Notes: generated by a model not told the origin, from the sequence alone. 58,580 nt of DNA, filler included, from Sphacelaria rigidula (GCA_964200075.2; 8 parts of 8 records of this genome joined end to end with filler, not necessarily neighbours in it); one strand, 5' to 3'. Shown: positions 13,015 through 27,362, numbered from the whole stretch's first letter. A program made the numbers and translations.

Positions 13015-14394
13015 AGCTTGAAATTGAACAGCATAAATGTGTTTGAATTATTCGTAACTGGTCCAGCTCCATATACTATAGAAACCAGTTGTTTTTCGTA
13101 TGATATAAATCGGGTTTTTCTCTTTTTTTCCGATTCATTTCCTTCTCGTTCATTTTTTCTTCCCCTTCTCTTCCCCTGTATTCTTCCGTTTTTCTTCGTG
13201 TCTCGTTCTTTGCTCTGTTTATTCAATTTGCTCTTGTCTCTCTTCCTTTGCCTTCTCCCTTTATCGACTTTCCTTCTAGTGAACACAGTATTTACCTCCC
13301 TTTTTTTTTCCCCCCACCTTGCGTACGTCGAGGTTATGACCATCATGGATAGATCCACCAGAGATGAGTTAATATACGACCACCAATCAATCAAACCAAT
13401 CAAATCCTGCTCTATTCCAACATATCGTATCCATCCTTCAACTTTGTGTGTGCCCTCGGTGCGGAAGTAACGCCCCAAACCCGGCGACGCACCATCCTTT
13501 CTCCCGCAACCCTTCCTGAACCCTTTCGAGCGGGGAGCAATTGTGACCGTTTCCCGGTGGGCTCGTGGATATATGTCGAACGCAAACGCTTGTGGATCTC
13601 GTGTAATGATGTGCGAGTGCTCCTGTGGCGAAGTGAAGACTGCCAACTGCTGCATTGGTCACAATGCTTCACACCTCGGACAACTTATGAGCCACCTAAA
13701 ATAACTAATGCAAGATGACTCTCAGATACCTTGTCCACAACCACAAATTACGTGACAACAGGGTCTGAGAAGCCAAAGCACTGCCTTTACACTACTATTC
13801 CGCGTGGTCGGCGTCCAGGACTGTCGAGAGCAAACATGAAAAAAAAGGGGGTCAAACGAGCTACAGTAGCTCGTGATCCGGATCACTACGCTAGCAGGAA
13901 GTAACATTCAGGTAGCTCATGAGCTTTCCGACGTGTGAAAGGGTTATGGCCCCCCGTGAGTATCAGGTAACCCATAAGTTAGCTCCTACAGGAGTGCTCC
14001 ACAAGGTGTGTGCAGTACGTCGGTGTTGAATGGCTGTCATGCTCACTTCATAACATGACTTGCTAGATACACAGGTCGCACTGAATGGGCGATTCGAGGT
14101 CAGCAAACATCATCCATCACCCCTGACAATGTGAGACCTATAAAGATCTGCCGGACTGTCACCTCACCCAACCCCCCGACCCCTTGTTGAGGTCGTGAGA
14201 CACCCATGAGGCAATGTAACCCGTGTCTGTCTCAGCAAGTGACGTTACCACAAAATGGAGCAACTCATTTGGGGTTATTATCCATACGCAAGATAATTAG
14301 TGCCCTTCGGGCCGAAATATCTGGGCAAGATACAGATCACCCCCCATGTCACTCGCCGAATACATCACGGCGCTTCGCGCTTGGTGATTGATTG

Positions 14395-14535
14395 CGAGCT
14401 TGGTCTGGCGAAAACCCGGTGTGCTCCGTCACGGGTTTATAGGGATGAGAGGTCAATGGTCTTATGGCTGCGACAGGCAAGATCGTGAGTACCACCCCCC
14501 CCCCCCCCCCCCACCCCCCCCCCTTCACGCCCCCC
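14395..14535 (+). mobile_element. Poly-C-ended repeat family P copy
   Basis: ...gaggtcaatggtcttatggc...gatcgtgagtac followed by a C-run. Homologous to 36677-36750 and 52296-52338. Confidence 0.7.
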
Positions 14536-14571
14536 CCACCAGTGGGGAACAGAGAGAAGACTATAGACAAA

Positions 14572-14671
14572 NNNNNNNNNNNNNNNNNNNNNNNNNNNNN
14601 NNNNNNNNNNNNNNNTTAATTAATTAANNNNNNNNNNNNNNNNNNNNNNNNNNNNNNNNNNNNNNNNNNNN
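14572..14671. other. Artificial contig linker
   Basis: N44-TTAATTAATTAA-N44. Confidence 0.99.
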
Positions 14672-17478
14672 TAGAACTTCGCTGCGGAAAGGTTGACCAA
14701 CGTTTCCCCCACACTTTGTACCAGCTTCTATCCTTCAAGATCTCGAGAAGTCTACGTACCGCTTTGTGCTCCTTCTCGTAGGTCATGTGGTTAGTCATCG
14801 GAAAGGTGATTATTTCATGCGTGCAGTAGTGTTACAGGATAAATAATGACCCTGTAGAGGAGACTATGAAGTGATTCAACTGCGGGTCCTGACACCTTAA
14901 CCCGCTCAAGGATGAGGCACTAAAGACATGGGATAGGCAACTAACTGCCTGTGATCCCCTTCTGTTCAGAAGAAAGCCCCAAACGATCTCTGAGAGCAAT
15001 ATTCGCCACTTGATAATGAACTGCACTCCACCATTGCTGACCGCTGAATGCGACATCACCCACCCTTCATCAAGAAATGACTCACATGCTATACGCAGAA
15101 CTCATTGCGTGCCGCTCCCCTCCTGGAGAGCTGTCTGATCGGACCCGACATAGAAGAGGTATGCATGGTCTTGGGCGTGATGTGTAGAGAGTCTGCATTA
15201 TAACTGTAGTCGTTGCGAACTATTGTACGGGGTCCTAGGATGCCTTGCGTAAACGATGCAACCCATCCAGAGGCTACCTCACACACCCTAGCCGATGCAT
15301 ACTTTTCTTCTACGACATGGTGACCAAATTCCGAGAGAGCAGGAGAGGCGAACGCAATCACCCAGCATCAAATTTACCTCCGCTGAGGCTACATATGAGC
15401 TGTTCTGCTTTTGTCACTGCGGTCGTCTCTGTGAGAAATATTGCAAGGCACGCAGTGCTGCTCACTGTCTGTTCAAATGTTCAAACCTTCAGCGGGTGTT
15501 GGCTGTGCGTATTGAGTGATCAAGCACGGTGCTTCCCGACCCCGTCATCCCAATGCGGTAGTTGTTGCCGTGCTGTAGTGTATCTAAACTCTCTACGGCG
15601 AACTCGGTGCGATGTGCGCTGAAGAGTGCGTGAGCAGTTGTACTGCTGCATGCTCTGTGTCCGTCCGCACAAAACCTGGGTGGGATCAAAATGCCTGTGC
15701 AACTTTCAAACAATCACGTGACGATAGGGCAGCTACCTGTTTCGTCGTCTCCGGTACTTCGGTTTTTGTTGAGTGCGGAGATGGGGGCAGACATGCAAGG
15801 CGAGTGAGTGCAGATCGGGACAAAAAAACTCACAGGGAGCTGCTGTATCCTCGATGATTGAGGGTATCAGCTGTCGGTTGCGCAGCGGCGCAATGCGTGT
15901 GTCTAGTGCCAGACTTGTGCTGTTTTTGACGCCTGAGCACACTTTCCAACAGGGTCCGCAGTGTTTGTTTACTCGTAGTCAGGAAGTCACCCACGACTAT
16001 GTTTCTGTTGTATTTGTCCGCAGAATGTTTGTATAGTACAGCACTCACAACATGCATGAGACTTGAGGCCGCGGAGCAATGCACTTTGCCTCAGCAAACA
16101 AAGGCATACAGCGAGCCTTGCCACTGGTGGCGGAGTCACCTTTCCTAATATCCTGTTTCTCCAGCATCAACATCGCAGTGCTAGTATCTATGGTGTGCAC
16201 GAATTGTGTTTACCTGCCATAATCATTTGTCTCCCCGCACACAAGCGCTCATGTATTCCTTGCTACTGATCGATACAAATAATCGATACACTGCACCATG
16301 CAAGTTGAGTCGATGAGCCCGCAGTGCATCGAGAAACATTGAGCTGAGGGAAGCAAAGGTGACTGGTAATGAAACGCGGCTCTGAGCACTCACTCGACTG
16401 GCAAGTCGAACATGAGTGGTGCAACTATAGACTACACACTTAATACAGGGGAGCACGATGAGACCTGTTCGTGCACAGTAGGTTTTGGGACATTGTGCCG
16501 AGGGCTTGAAAACTAGAACACTGTCCAGGTATATACAAATTAAGTGGTTGCTTGGCCGGACTGAACACAACGAATGTGCACTTTTTTTGTGCGAGTCATT
16601 GAACATATTTTTCCCAGGCAGCAGCGGCGATCAACATTTACATGGAACGAGGCTCACTACAAACCTCATGTATAATCTATACATGCTAAGACACGCCCTT
16701 AACGAATCCATCAACATGGAATTTTAACCCAAATGTCAAAATACACCTTACATGCAATGCAAAAAATAAAAATAAAAGCAATCGCCGCCGCCATCGGAAA
16801 AATTGGTCGTAACTCCCATAAAAAGAACGGTATATCCGGTTGTACTCTCCCACAAGCGACCCACACGCCGTAATTTCTCCCCCAACCCTCCACGTGCTGG
16901 AGGTTCCTTCCTTTCAGGCTATAAGCGCATAACTATCTATTACAAACATGAGTACCCACATAGCTCATACGACATAGCGTAGCGGACACAACGATCAACT
17001 TGACTCACATATTCTTCTGGGCACAATATTGCCCGAACGGTGATACATGAATTGCTTGCGAGACTAATCGGAACTAATGAAGTTGTTTTTTATGCGAAAC
17101 ATGAGCTCAGTCCCTTTTTTTTCTTTCATTTTTCTCTCCTTTCTTTTTTTTCTTCCCTTGTTGGACATGAACGGTAATGACACGACATGTACCTAGGTCA
17201 TGGCTCTCCTCTGAACCGGCATGTAACTCTCTCTCAAAAAAAGACACACGATGCTCACTCATCCCATCGATAACAACTATGAAACGCCAATCAATTTCAA
17301 CACCTAACATGACAACATTCTGTGTCGGCAACGAGATCAACAGAACTGTGACGGTTTAAGAGACAACCAACTAGACTACTGCCGTCACAGACCACAGATA
17401 CCAACAGATCCCAACGAAAAAAAAAAGAGGAGAAAAAAGGAAATGGCTCATGTCCCGCATAAAAATAAATCATTATTC

Positions 17479-17735
17479 GACACTTTCTACAACAGCCCCC
17501 CCCCAAAAAACCAGCCCAAGAGTGTCACGACACAAATGGCCATACAGCGCCTGATGTTCAGGTTCATGCTGCATGAAGCGCCTCATATCGGCGACATTGG
17601 CTAGAACGAACACAAGCGTGGGAATTCCTAGCTGCTCATTGTGATCGGCTTTCCCATTTCAATTTACGTGAAGATTATGCCTCCCGAAACCATGCACTTG
17701 AATTTTGTTTTGGGGGGTGTATCGTAGAAAGCGTC
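17479..17735. mobile_element. MITE family G (GATAGCCCCC-type TIR)
   Basis: gacactttctacaacagcccccc...ggggggtgtatcgtagaaagcgtc. Homologous to 21841-21906, 29888-30025, 32796-33046 and 50264-50556. Confidence 0.7.
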
Positions 17736-20700
17736 ATTCAACATCGTTTGCCCGCTAGCAATCCTCACCCAGCGTTTCATTTTTTGTTCTGCATTTTTGT
17801 TAAGCCCACTCTTTATTTCTTCCTTTATTTTGTTGTACGCCGATACACGACCGACTCATACTCCGGGCATATCAACGGCTTTGTAAGCACCGACATGAGT
17901 TGAATTGCTGCTCATTTTTTCCTGTTATAGTTGTTTTTTCAAGGAGAAAATCCAAACCGTGGGCATCGAAATAGGTTACTTGTCAGCGCTGAAAAGAACT
18001 GATATCCGCTTGTTTAATATAGGATATGAGCTCATTGTTTTCTTTTTTTTTTGTCAAGAAAGCGGCGATAAAACGTTTTTTCTCATATACAGAACCGACA
18101 CGTACTTTACTCATAATATACACCACGTGATGCATGATGATCCCACCATCACCCATGAAATGTCAAACAACACACAATGTCTACTTACAGGTGAACGTAT
18201 GCCGTGGAAGCAACGCGATTAATATACCACACCGGCGCCGCAACAAAAAAAAAGAAGAAGGATTGGCTCATCTTCCGCATTGAAAAATCGATATATCCAG
18301 GTCTGCTCGCCTGCGAGTAACTTCCATGCGTTTGATTTATTTATTTTTGCACCATGGAGTTGAGGAAATATATGCACAAGCCAACCCTCCACAGGTGTAC
18401 CCCCTACCAGGTGAACCCTGCCTCGTGTTGGGGCGCCAAATGACGGGTACAATAGGGGGTCACTCGATCAGCTCCCACCCATCCATCTACCGGAAGAATA
18501 TTTTTCTCTTCATTCGTTTTCTTTTTGTAGTAGCGTCTCAGAGCCCTTCTGTGAGTACCGCGAACCATACCATTGTCGATACCACACCACAGCACGATTC
18601 TACATGCGACCTTGAGCATAACACGACACATGTAGCAAGGCACCCGGGAATCCGTCCCGCAACACAGGTAATATCATCCAGTTTAGGTACGAGCCAAGAC
18701 GGGGGATAGAACCGGGAGGGTATCGTAGCAACTTGTACGTACTGGCAGTTCTATCCTCAAGCCCTAGTGCCAAGATTATTCGACCATTTGAAAAATAAAA
18801 AGGGGGCGATGAAAAACAGTTTCTCACTGTTGCATCTCATGCAACAACAGCTTTACGATCACGAGCACTACAACTCTGGAGAAGAGCACATGTGGTGACC
18901 ACAATGCATGCTGAATTGCCACTCATCCGCAATTCTCTTGGGCCTTTCCCCGCGACGACCACTGCGTCCGGTTCCACACCTTACCGACGCTCTCGCTGCC
19001 GTACACCACAGGGTTTCATCCCTGCGGTGACAGTTCAGCTTCTGGGAACTGTGATATTATGTTTTGTGCTCACCCTTGCCAACTATACTTTTGATCGTGT
19101 TCGTGTCACCCTTGTGTTTTCGCTTGTGTTGCATCACCGGATATCATTTTTGCGGTGACCGTTTCTGTTCTGGGGAATACACGATTTTTGTGGGTTTCGC
19201 ATATTTTGTATTTCGGAATTCTATTCGCAGTACATATTCTACACACGTACATTTCCTCGCTTACTGATATGCCTGTACTTATCGCATGGGATAATGGAGC
19301 CCTTTTCGTACCGTTATTTATATCACAAGTTATGTGTCGAATTCAGTGCTCGACACGGAACGGATCGATACGCGACAGGAGTGACAAGACCAGGGCATGT
19401 TCTTATCTTCATGTACTTCGTGCTCCCAACTTGTGCTGACCTTACACTTTACTACCTTTATCCCACACCCTTGTCCTGGGTATATGTGTCATCACGAGAG
19501 AAACGGCGCTAAATGCTATGGCGACCGTTCATCCCCCACCAGGCCACGCCGGGACGCGGAAGCACGGTACATTGAGGACGGTATGCATCCGTGTTGAATA
19601 CAGTTTAGTGGTTCCCTCGGGTGGGTGATTTCTGTACGTCTTTTGTTTACATAACAAGACTAACTGTCAGGTGTGACTGAACATCGCGTATCTTATTTCA
19701 TGTTGCCAAGGGCTATGATAATCGCTTTCGTAACAGGCGCTCCCGCCTATAATCCATGTTGCGTGCCACGCTTAGCTTTGGTGTTGCAGTGTTAATCTTG
19801 AGTGTGCATGCTTCTATGTTTCATTTATTTCATGATGTTGTTTTTGCTGTACTTTCACACTCACGAATGACAACCGTCTTTTCTTGAACTGTGTGGTATA
19901 TCAAGACCGTGTCGCGACTCTATCGTGACGACTCATCGTGTTAATACCGGTATCCGGCACAATATCTTGTTACATTACGGTCAACCCATGTGTTATTTAA
20001 TGCAAATATATCCCAGATATATCGATCGAGTTATTCTTCTATTTTTTATCTTACAGCTCATGCGTTTGGGTTTTGGGGAGATACATTATCCTTTGGCGGT
20101 ACTGTTTGTCGTGGTAGGCACTAGCAAGCAAGTCACACCCCAAGATGAATGAGAATGTGACCAGCTGATCCTGCGTTCAGCTCAAAATATCAAACTGAGG
20201 GTTTTTCCTCTCAATACAATAATCAGCCGCTCATGGGAAACCACACAGCCCAAAGCCAGAATACAATAACAATTGTGGATGAGGGAGATAGTACAGCACA
20301 GCTTTAGAGACTCAAGTCAAGGTGGTGGGCTCGCGACACTGAAGACAGGAGAGACCAAGGTGGTAGATGATGGTCAAACGCTCTTCTTATATCCAATAGA
20401 TGCCTGCAGACTATTCGGTGGGTCGAGTGAGCTCGGTAGGCGAGGTAGGAGAGCTGATCGCCCTTACCCTGCCTCGCATACAACCCTGTCATACTACAAA
20501 AGCAGCCTGACGCGTCATGCTGTGGCCAATCAAGGGGTCAGTAGTGACGTACGCCTGTGGCTGGTCAGGTACAACTCTGTATCCAGCTTCAAGCAGCTGC
20601 GTCATCCATAAAAACAATGCAATACCTGATATAAGCACACATCCGACTAGGATCTTTTCATACCCGCTGGTCGTTCTACAAACGATCGTGGTAAACTACT

Positions 20701-21355
20701 GTACAAGTTTAATTCTCGCACGCGGTCATATACCATCACGATAGCCCATCCTGGATCGTTCAAGTGCAGTTCCTTTTCAGAAGGGACGAATTTGCATCGA
20801 GCCACACCACTCCCACACCACAGAAAACTGAGATTTATTCCAAAGATCGAGTATTCTTCGGTACGGGGAACGGAAAGGGGCGGCCAAGACAAAACACACA
20901 CACCCACATAGATAGCAAGGCAAATAGAAAAAAATCGAACCAATACAAGAATTCAGCGTCCTCATGTTCCGTGAGCGTGTCAGGCGGCGTCATGGGAAAT
21001 CCAAAAAAAATAAAATAAAGAATCAATAATCAATAATCGAACCCATATACCACAAAAGTGCAGTGTCCAAGAATGCCGTGAATATTTCCGGGATAGCCAC
21101 AGGAAATCAGAGACCTATCATTGAAACGATCATCCTACCCTGCCATAACTATATCGTGAATATAATAGTACACTCTTTTCTGGAAGTCCGATTTGTTTTA
21201 GGCACTTGTAGAAAAACCAGCAAGTCCGCCAAGGCATTACATCACTCCGATAACCAAGTTCATGTTAATCACTCGTCCCAGTCAATCAGCAAAAGCCAGC
21301 AACGTACAGCCGATTTCGTCGCGAAAAAGGTAGTTTCCCGCGAAACCCATACGTT

Positions 21356-21357
<2 letters not shown>

Positions 21358-21386
<29 letters not shown>
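21358..21386. repeat. (TA)n microsatellite
   Basis: Perfect TA run. Confidence 0.95.
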
Positions 21387-21387
<1 letters not shown>

Positions 21388-21840
21388 CATGATACGGACA
21401 AATCAACCCGTTTGACGTGAGTTAATTATCGGTACATGTTTGTGAGAGCAACGACTTGCTTGGGACGTCTGATTGATGATCCAGCCGTACAACAATTTGT
21501 TTTTCCTCACACGACGGGTTTGAGAGGTCAGGTGCCTGTACACGTCAAAAGAAACGTGGTGGAGTCAATACAAAACCTTCGGGCCTACTACGTAGTTCCG
21601 AGGCGGATCGCCCACCACTTTTCTGAACCACGACAAATACACAGGGCAGAGAGGACCAACGCAGCCCACTCCTCACAGTATTTGCCCGTTCGGACTAATA
21701 CGAGACTGGCCCGAACACAAACTGGAGTAAAGCCCACAGCCGGTCGTACCGTCACGTTACTTCGTCCAATAATCCCTGATAAAAACAAAACACCACCGAC
21801 CGATTTCAGGGGCGGGTAATTGTACGCAAAAAGCTGGTAA

Positions 21841-21906
21841 GACACTTTCTACGATAGCCCCCCCCCCAAACCAGCGAAAAGTGTCACGAACAAAATGACC
21901 ATACAG
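21841..21906. mobile_element. MITE family G, truncated by contig end
   Basis: gacactttctacgatagcccccc...gtgtcacga...ccatacag matches 17479-17547. Confidence 0.65.
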
Positions 21907-22006
21907 NNNNNNNNNNNNNNNNNNNNNNNNNNNNNNNNNNNNNNNNNNNNTTAATTAATTAANNNNNNNNNNNNNNNNNNNNNNNNNNNNNNNNNNNNNN
22001 NNNNNN
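21907..22006. other. Artificial contig linker
   Basis: N44-TTAATTAATTAA-N44. Confidence 0.99.
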
Positions 22007-22029
22007 ATCGTATCAACTACTTTAATCTC

Positions 22030-22612
22030 ACGAAAACACTGTTGATTTCTGAGGCCTGATTGCTCGAAAGAGAGAAGAAAGTTGATCGTGGGTCAAAAAG
22101 CTCACCAAGCAGGTTGTGCACCGTTCCACATGCCTGGGGTGCAACGCTAAGGACGAAGCACAAGGATTGATTCGTGTGGTACGAATCAATTACACTGAAA
22201 TCATGTAACTTCCAGACGACTAATAGTTTGTCCGACCCTTGCAACGATTCTTCTCGTATCTCAAAAGCCATGTCACGTCTTACCGTCAGACTTGATGCAA
22301 CATCACTCGAAGCAAACAAGGTTTTCCTGAGATTGAGAGTTGGGTGCGGATTGAGAGTGACTTTGATCATTCGCTTTTTTACTTGGCCAATTTTCATTCC
22401 GTGTGTGCTTTTCTTCGCCTCATCACTGCCATGTGCTTACAGCTACACGTTGATTTCCTACTCAGGGGTATCGAGGGCATCCGTGGCAAGCTACTACAGA
22501 GAGAATATTGGGCCTGGTGGAGGTGCATTTCAGAACTGAAACGGCTTATTCACTTATTGACCGCTTTTCACACTCAATCATACCTTCAACTCTCAACTTC
22601 ACGAAAACGCTA
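22030..22612 (-). mobile_element. Family U fragment
   Basis: ~22050-22250 aligns with ~55160-55362, and ~22350-22610 aligns with ~44190-44470. Confidence 0.7.
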
Positions 22613-25117
22613 TTAGCAGTGGCAGCAGCATGTAACAGAAATATTACGTTGTCTCTTTTTTCAAAGGAAGGTACGTACGTATGGAGGCGGCGCAAAAGTA
22701 ATGATCGAAACACTATACAACGGTACGGTGAGAAGTGAAAAACATATTCAAGAGTTGAAAAATTAAACTATTCAGCAGCGGAGCAGCTGTATGCCCGAAC
22801 GTTAGTCACACACACAAACACAAACACAACATACCAACGCCCTTCATGTTTTTCGCTGCTATCATCTCTAAGTGAGCCCCGAGTCCTGTATCATAACAAC
22901 ATGATGCTCAATTCCCTCCGTGATCACATCACGCGAATTTGATATGCTGACAAAAGCGAGGAACAAGAGAGCGGAAAATCACCAGCTGCAACCCAGCACA
23001 GTGGACAAAACTGCGTGTGGTACCCAGCCACGGTGATTGATAGCTCACCCCCCCCCCACCCCCCCCCCACCCCACCGCTCTCCACCATCCCAGTGCCCCG
23101 CTCTCTCCAGAAACACCGGTATGTTCATTGATTCCATCACGGACGGGGCGCACTCGCTGCAGCAAACAACAAAGGTGCAATTCACGTCCTACAACGTGCA
23201 ACGTGAAATGCAACAACTGCGTAATGCCGACAAAGTTCTCCCCCCCCCCTTCTCCTGCACCCCCCTCTTCCACTCTCAAATTTTGAGGGACCCAACACCA
23301 ACATGAAAAGCGAACAACACACACAGCAACACGTGCAGAAGAAGAAAAAAAACGAAGAAATCAAAATCATACCCATGGCATATCCCTACATAGCGTTTCC
23401 CGAGATAAAATTCGCGCCTTCCCCCCCCCCCCCCCCCCCCCCCCCCAACACCCAACCCAACACGCCGTCCCACCCCCCGCGGGAAGAAAAAACACCANNN
23501 NNNNNNNAAAAAAAAAAACGAAAAAACAAAAAACTAACCCCCCGCCCCTCCCCCCCCACCCCTTTCCCCACAAAAATCTCCCCCCCCCCCCCCCCCCCCC
23601 CCCCCCCCACCAGACTTCAATGGCGTGTTCGCGTTCATACCGCCCGGGAAAGAAACACACTATATGGTACAAAATCGGGAATACAAGCAAAAAGAAAACA
23701 AAGCGGATCGGAACGGAACGGGTGACGAAAACGTACAACTCCTCAACAGAACCAATATGAAGAACCAACAACGGTGCAAGCCAACACTCGTACAATAAGC
23801 CAGCCCAATTCCCCCCGGGTCCCATTTAAAACCCCTCGAAACCATGTTTTCTTTTTGTTGGTGCATTTCCTGTTCCACATCGCTGTCTATTCGGGGGTGC
23901 GGAGGTAGGGTACGGGTGCAGAGGAAGAATGGAGGCGGACACACAAAGCGTTCCCGCGCGAAACAAAAAAATCCACGAGACAACGGATGGACAAACATGT
24001 TGCAAAGAGGAGGAAAAGGAAACAGAAGAAAAAAAAAGGGGGGCGGGGGAGAGCAACGTAGACATCCCCCCAGAGCTTTCTTGATGAAGAAATGCCAATC
24101 TGAAGCACAAGACCCAATATGAGGAGCAGCAGCAGCAGCAGCAGCAGGAAGGCGGACAGACACAAGTTCCATTATCGTCGTATAATAATCGTCCCTTGCA
24201 CACAATACAGCCAGCCACAGGCACGATGTGCAACAGCTTTTATACTACTGTCGAACGGAAAACGCGAGCGCACGCATACTGGTGGATACAGGACAGACAC
24301 AACCAAGACGAGAAAAATCGAGCGTACACCGTTCGGCTACATGTACTGCATGTCGTACACACACCACCGCGACAATCACGTCATCTATCAATCACGCCCG
24401 CCTTGTATTAATCGCACTTCGTCTCGAGCAGCAGTACTCCGAAAAAAAAATCCCCCTCCCCCCTGCCATAGCCTCAAAAACGAACCCAAAAACGGCCCGG
24501 TTCTCAACTCAAGAATACACCCACGAAGTGTGCGCTCCAGCGCTCCACCTCGAACCACGAATCTAGCCTAGCCAGCAGACCAACGGAGAAGCCGATCGAG
24601 CGAAGCTAGGAAAGAGGCACACGGGGGCAAAACGTGCCCTACAGATACACCACCGCGACATCCCGCAACACCCCGCAATATCCCGCAATATTCCGCAACG
24701 GCGCAAGGACCAGGCAGCAGGACAGCTCTTCCGCAGCAGACGCGCATGCCGACGCATGACATACTCTCGCAGCGGGCACACTGTGGAGCAATGGTTGATC
24801 ACACGGGCTCCCTTTCTCTCTCTCCAACAAATGGATTAACCCATGCAAACCCGTCACGCCTCTATCTGCACAGGGAAGAAAATGCGTCAACTACCGCAGC
24901 CGAGCGAGTATCAACCCCTCTGTCTCGTCCATGATGTAGACGTTTTTGACAGCCAGTAAAAACCGACGCCCTCCGCTCCTGCTGATACCCCATGTACCAA
25001 TGATAAGGCCCGATGTTCAACCCGATGTATGCAGTAAATCAGCGGTATTTGATTTGATCTTGCTCCACAAGCTGTGCGGTAGACGGCGGGGGTGGATGGG
25101 TAGATGGGCTGCGTGCA

Positions 25118-25207
25118 TCATGCCAGGTACGAGTACGAGTTGGAGGCGCCTGATTCACGCTCCAAGTATTCGCGCTCAATCAGGCCGTGGATGCGGCTCT
25201 TGATCAC
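25118..25207 (-). CDS. Cullin, terminal exon
   Basis: TAG acceptor, then VIKSRIHGLIEREYLERESGASNSYSYLA* (30 codons, phase 0). This is the canonical cullin C-terminus and is absent from the ORF track. Confidence 0.93.
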   Translation of the reverse strand: MIKSRIHGLIEREYLERESGASNSYSYLA

Positions 25208-25267
25208 CTATTTTGTTTTGTTTGAAGCAAAACGGAAACAGAAAACACAGTAGCAGCAGCAGCATCA

Positions 25268-25303
25268 CAGCACAGCACAGCACAGCACAGCACAGCACAG
25301 CAC
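25268..25303. repeat. (CAGCA)n microsatellite in cullin intron
   Basis: Tandem cagca units. Confidence 0.9.
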
Positions 25304-25829
25304 AATTGTCTACTTGTTTTAGTGGTGAGCACACGGGGGGAAGAGTTGCGTATTTATCTAGCCAGTGAACATGCATATGAAGAAGTACGCACTCAACACA
25401 CACAACAATGTACAAGAAAAATTTAGCAACTGGCTCGCGCCATGTTGCAGTCAACCTAGACGAATGAACCGATAAAATAAAATAAAATCTTACCGCCCCT
25501 CCAATAAAAAAAAGCAAGAGCAAGAGCCAGAGCCAGGAGAAATAAAAATGAAATATAAACTGCCATCGGTTATGACATTTGAAGGGGATGAAAACGTCTG
25601 AGGTACTGTAGGCGGGACAAACAAGCGATCGTCGATTGAAGAGGGCAAACCACCTATTATACACGGAATTAAAAAAAGTCAGAAAAAATAACATGAGATG
25701 GGCCGCGAGTAGAGCAGCAGTTGTGGAATATGACCGACACTTACAAACACTGGCATCAAAGCTCCCCGCGGCAATTGACTTTGCTGCAGTAACAACGACT
25801 ACCATGATTAGTTCTTATGTGTGTGCGCG

Positions 25830-26010
25830 AGGGGGGAGGGGGGGCGTTCTCATTTGTTGCTTGTCTTAGTCGTTTGACCACTGACTACGCATCCCTTTCG
25901 AGACGGAGCACCGTTCCTACTCCTGATACAGACACCTCCAACATTACGGTGCGCATCACGTTTCTTCCATACATTACACAAAAAATATATTACATATCTT
26001 ATCCCCCCGT
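25830..26010 (-). mobile_element. Family P copy in cullin intron
   Basis: G-run then gcgttctcatttgttgcttg...gcatccctttcgagacggagcaccgttcctactcc. Closely similar to 46615-46910. Confidence 0.8.
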
Positions 26011-26164
26011 CCTGTTTCGCCGTCTGTTGCCACAATCCATCTCATAGTATAGCCATAGTTTTCTCCCTACTGTCTAACGCATCAAACGATTTCATGCCAT
26101 ATTCGTTCGCGTCCCGCATTTGTCCCTCTAGCACCTCCCGTTCCTCCTTGAAAACTCACATACT

Positions 26165-26307
26165 CATACCCTGGATAATGTAATACACAGTTAAGAAGTG
26201 TACTGCATACAGTATAGACTATTGCACCTATCGCAACAGGCAATAGATTCTATACTGTACGCAGTACATTCTTTAGGATATAGTCCATTGTCATTATCCA
26301 GGATGTG
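26165..26307. mobile_element. Short hairpin MITE family C
   Basis: cataccctggataatg...cattatccaggatgtg with inner gtactgcatacagtataga/tctatactgtacgcagtac arms. Other copies at 28901 and 41936. Confidence 0.75.
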
Positions 26308-26842
26308 CACATTCTGCCACTATATGACCTCTCTAGTGCTCTGCCACAGGGGTAGTTATGTGCACCTACTTTCTCCACACGACTACTGGTACATCTCCTT
26401 TTTGGCAAGTCCACATCCCCCACCCGAAATCGCAGTTTCAATTTTTTCGCCGCGTCCAGGGGGGACTGGGCGAGAGGGGGAAATGGACACGAAACCAGTG
26501 GTATTTACCACTTTTGGTCGATTAGAAACTTCCCGGAATTCCATCACTTGATTTGAGTACAAACACCGATATTCGGATCTTTAGCGGGGCTGACAGTCCC
26601 AACTGCCCCTCGCGTGCGCAGAACTCGTTTTGAGTCGTGCCAACGCCAACCCCTTTGCCCAGGGAAAGCTTCACACACCCCTCGCCCGAGGGTTCTCGGT
26701 ATGCCTTGGGTTGTGGCGCTGCGTTATTATAAAAAAGATGTTTCCAAGAAATTTCGTCGTCGACCAAGTGGTAAACACACCTCAAAGAAATAGAGAGAGA
26801 GAAAGAGAGAGAGGAAATACTGAAAAATTCTTCATAACATAC

Positions 26843-26957
26843 CTTCGGATTGGGCCGGAAGAAGGAGAGCTGGCTCAGAACCTCCGCTACCAGCTGGGCG
26901 TGTCCAAGAGTCTTGCGCGCCTTCATGATTCGAACGATGGCAGCCTCGATCGCGATA
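26843..26957 (-). CDS. Cullin, neddylation-domain exon
   Basis: CAG acceptor and GTATGT donor. Encodes (G)IAIEAAIVRIMKARKTLGHAQLVAEVLSQLSFFRPNPK with the IVRIMKxRK neddylation motif. Phase 2 in, phase 0 out, matching both neighbours. Confidence 0.96.
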
Positions 26958-27232
26958 CTGCACAATTAAACCGAAAAGAGAGGGGAAAAGGGGGCCAACA
27001 ACGCATATGTCTCACAGAACCGTCGGGTACGGGTAATACCCGGGTCAATACCTCGGGCTTACAGAACATCGTACCCTACAGAACACAACCTTGGAATACT
27101 TGATCTGTCCTGACAAAAACATCCCCTTCCTGCTGCACTGACTACGCGAACATTTTATCCACGTACGACATATATCCTGTTCTATCGTGCCGTGCGCCTA
27201 CGCCTACGCTGATGCACACGCCTGTGCACACG

Positions 27233-27362
27233 CGTACGCATATGCATACGCATACGCATACGCAAACGCATACGCAAACGCAAACGCAAACGCAAACGCA
27301 AACGCAAACGCAAACGCATACGCAAACGCATATGCATACGCATACGCGTACGCGTACGCGTA
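27233..27362. repeat. Compound (ACGCAA/ACGCAT)n microsatellite in cullin intron
   Basis: Hexamer array with symmetric unit variation. Confidence 0.92.

Noticed and set aside
12916-13672. 184- and 219-aa ORFs and a possible exon (LERVQEGLREKGWCV)
   Set aside because: Driven by a pyrimidine-rich low-complexity tract. No convincing splice sites or recognisable domain.
13942-13953. GGTTATGGCCCC resembling a Copia PBS
   Set aside because: Not preceded by CA and no downstream gag-like frame.
14672-16650. Possible decayed coding or retroelement sequence
   Set aside because: No motif or second copy recognised, so no call can be supported.
23037-24233. Pro/Gly-rich ORFs
   Set aside because: C-homopolymers and low-quality sequence around a 10-N gap.
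27015-27095. cgggtacgggtaatacccggg...gtaccctacagaacacaacctt, recalled as a common brown-algal repeat
   Set aside because: Single copy here and identified only from memory. Used only as weak taxonomic support.
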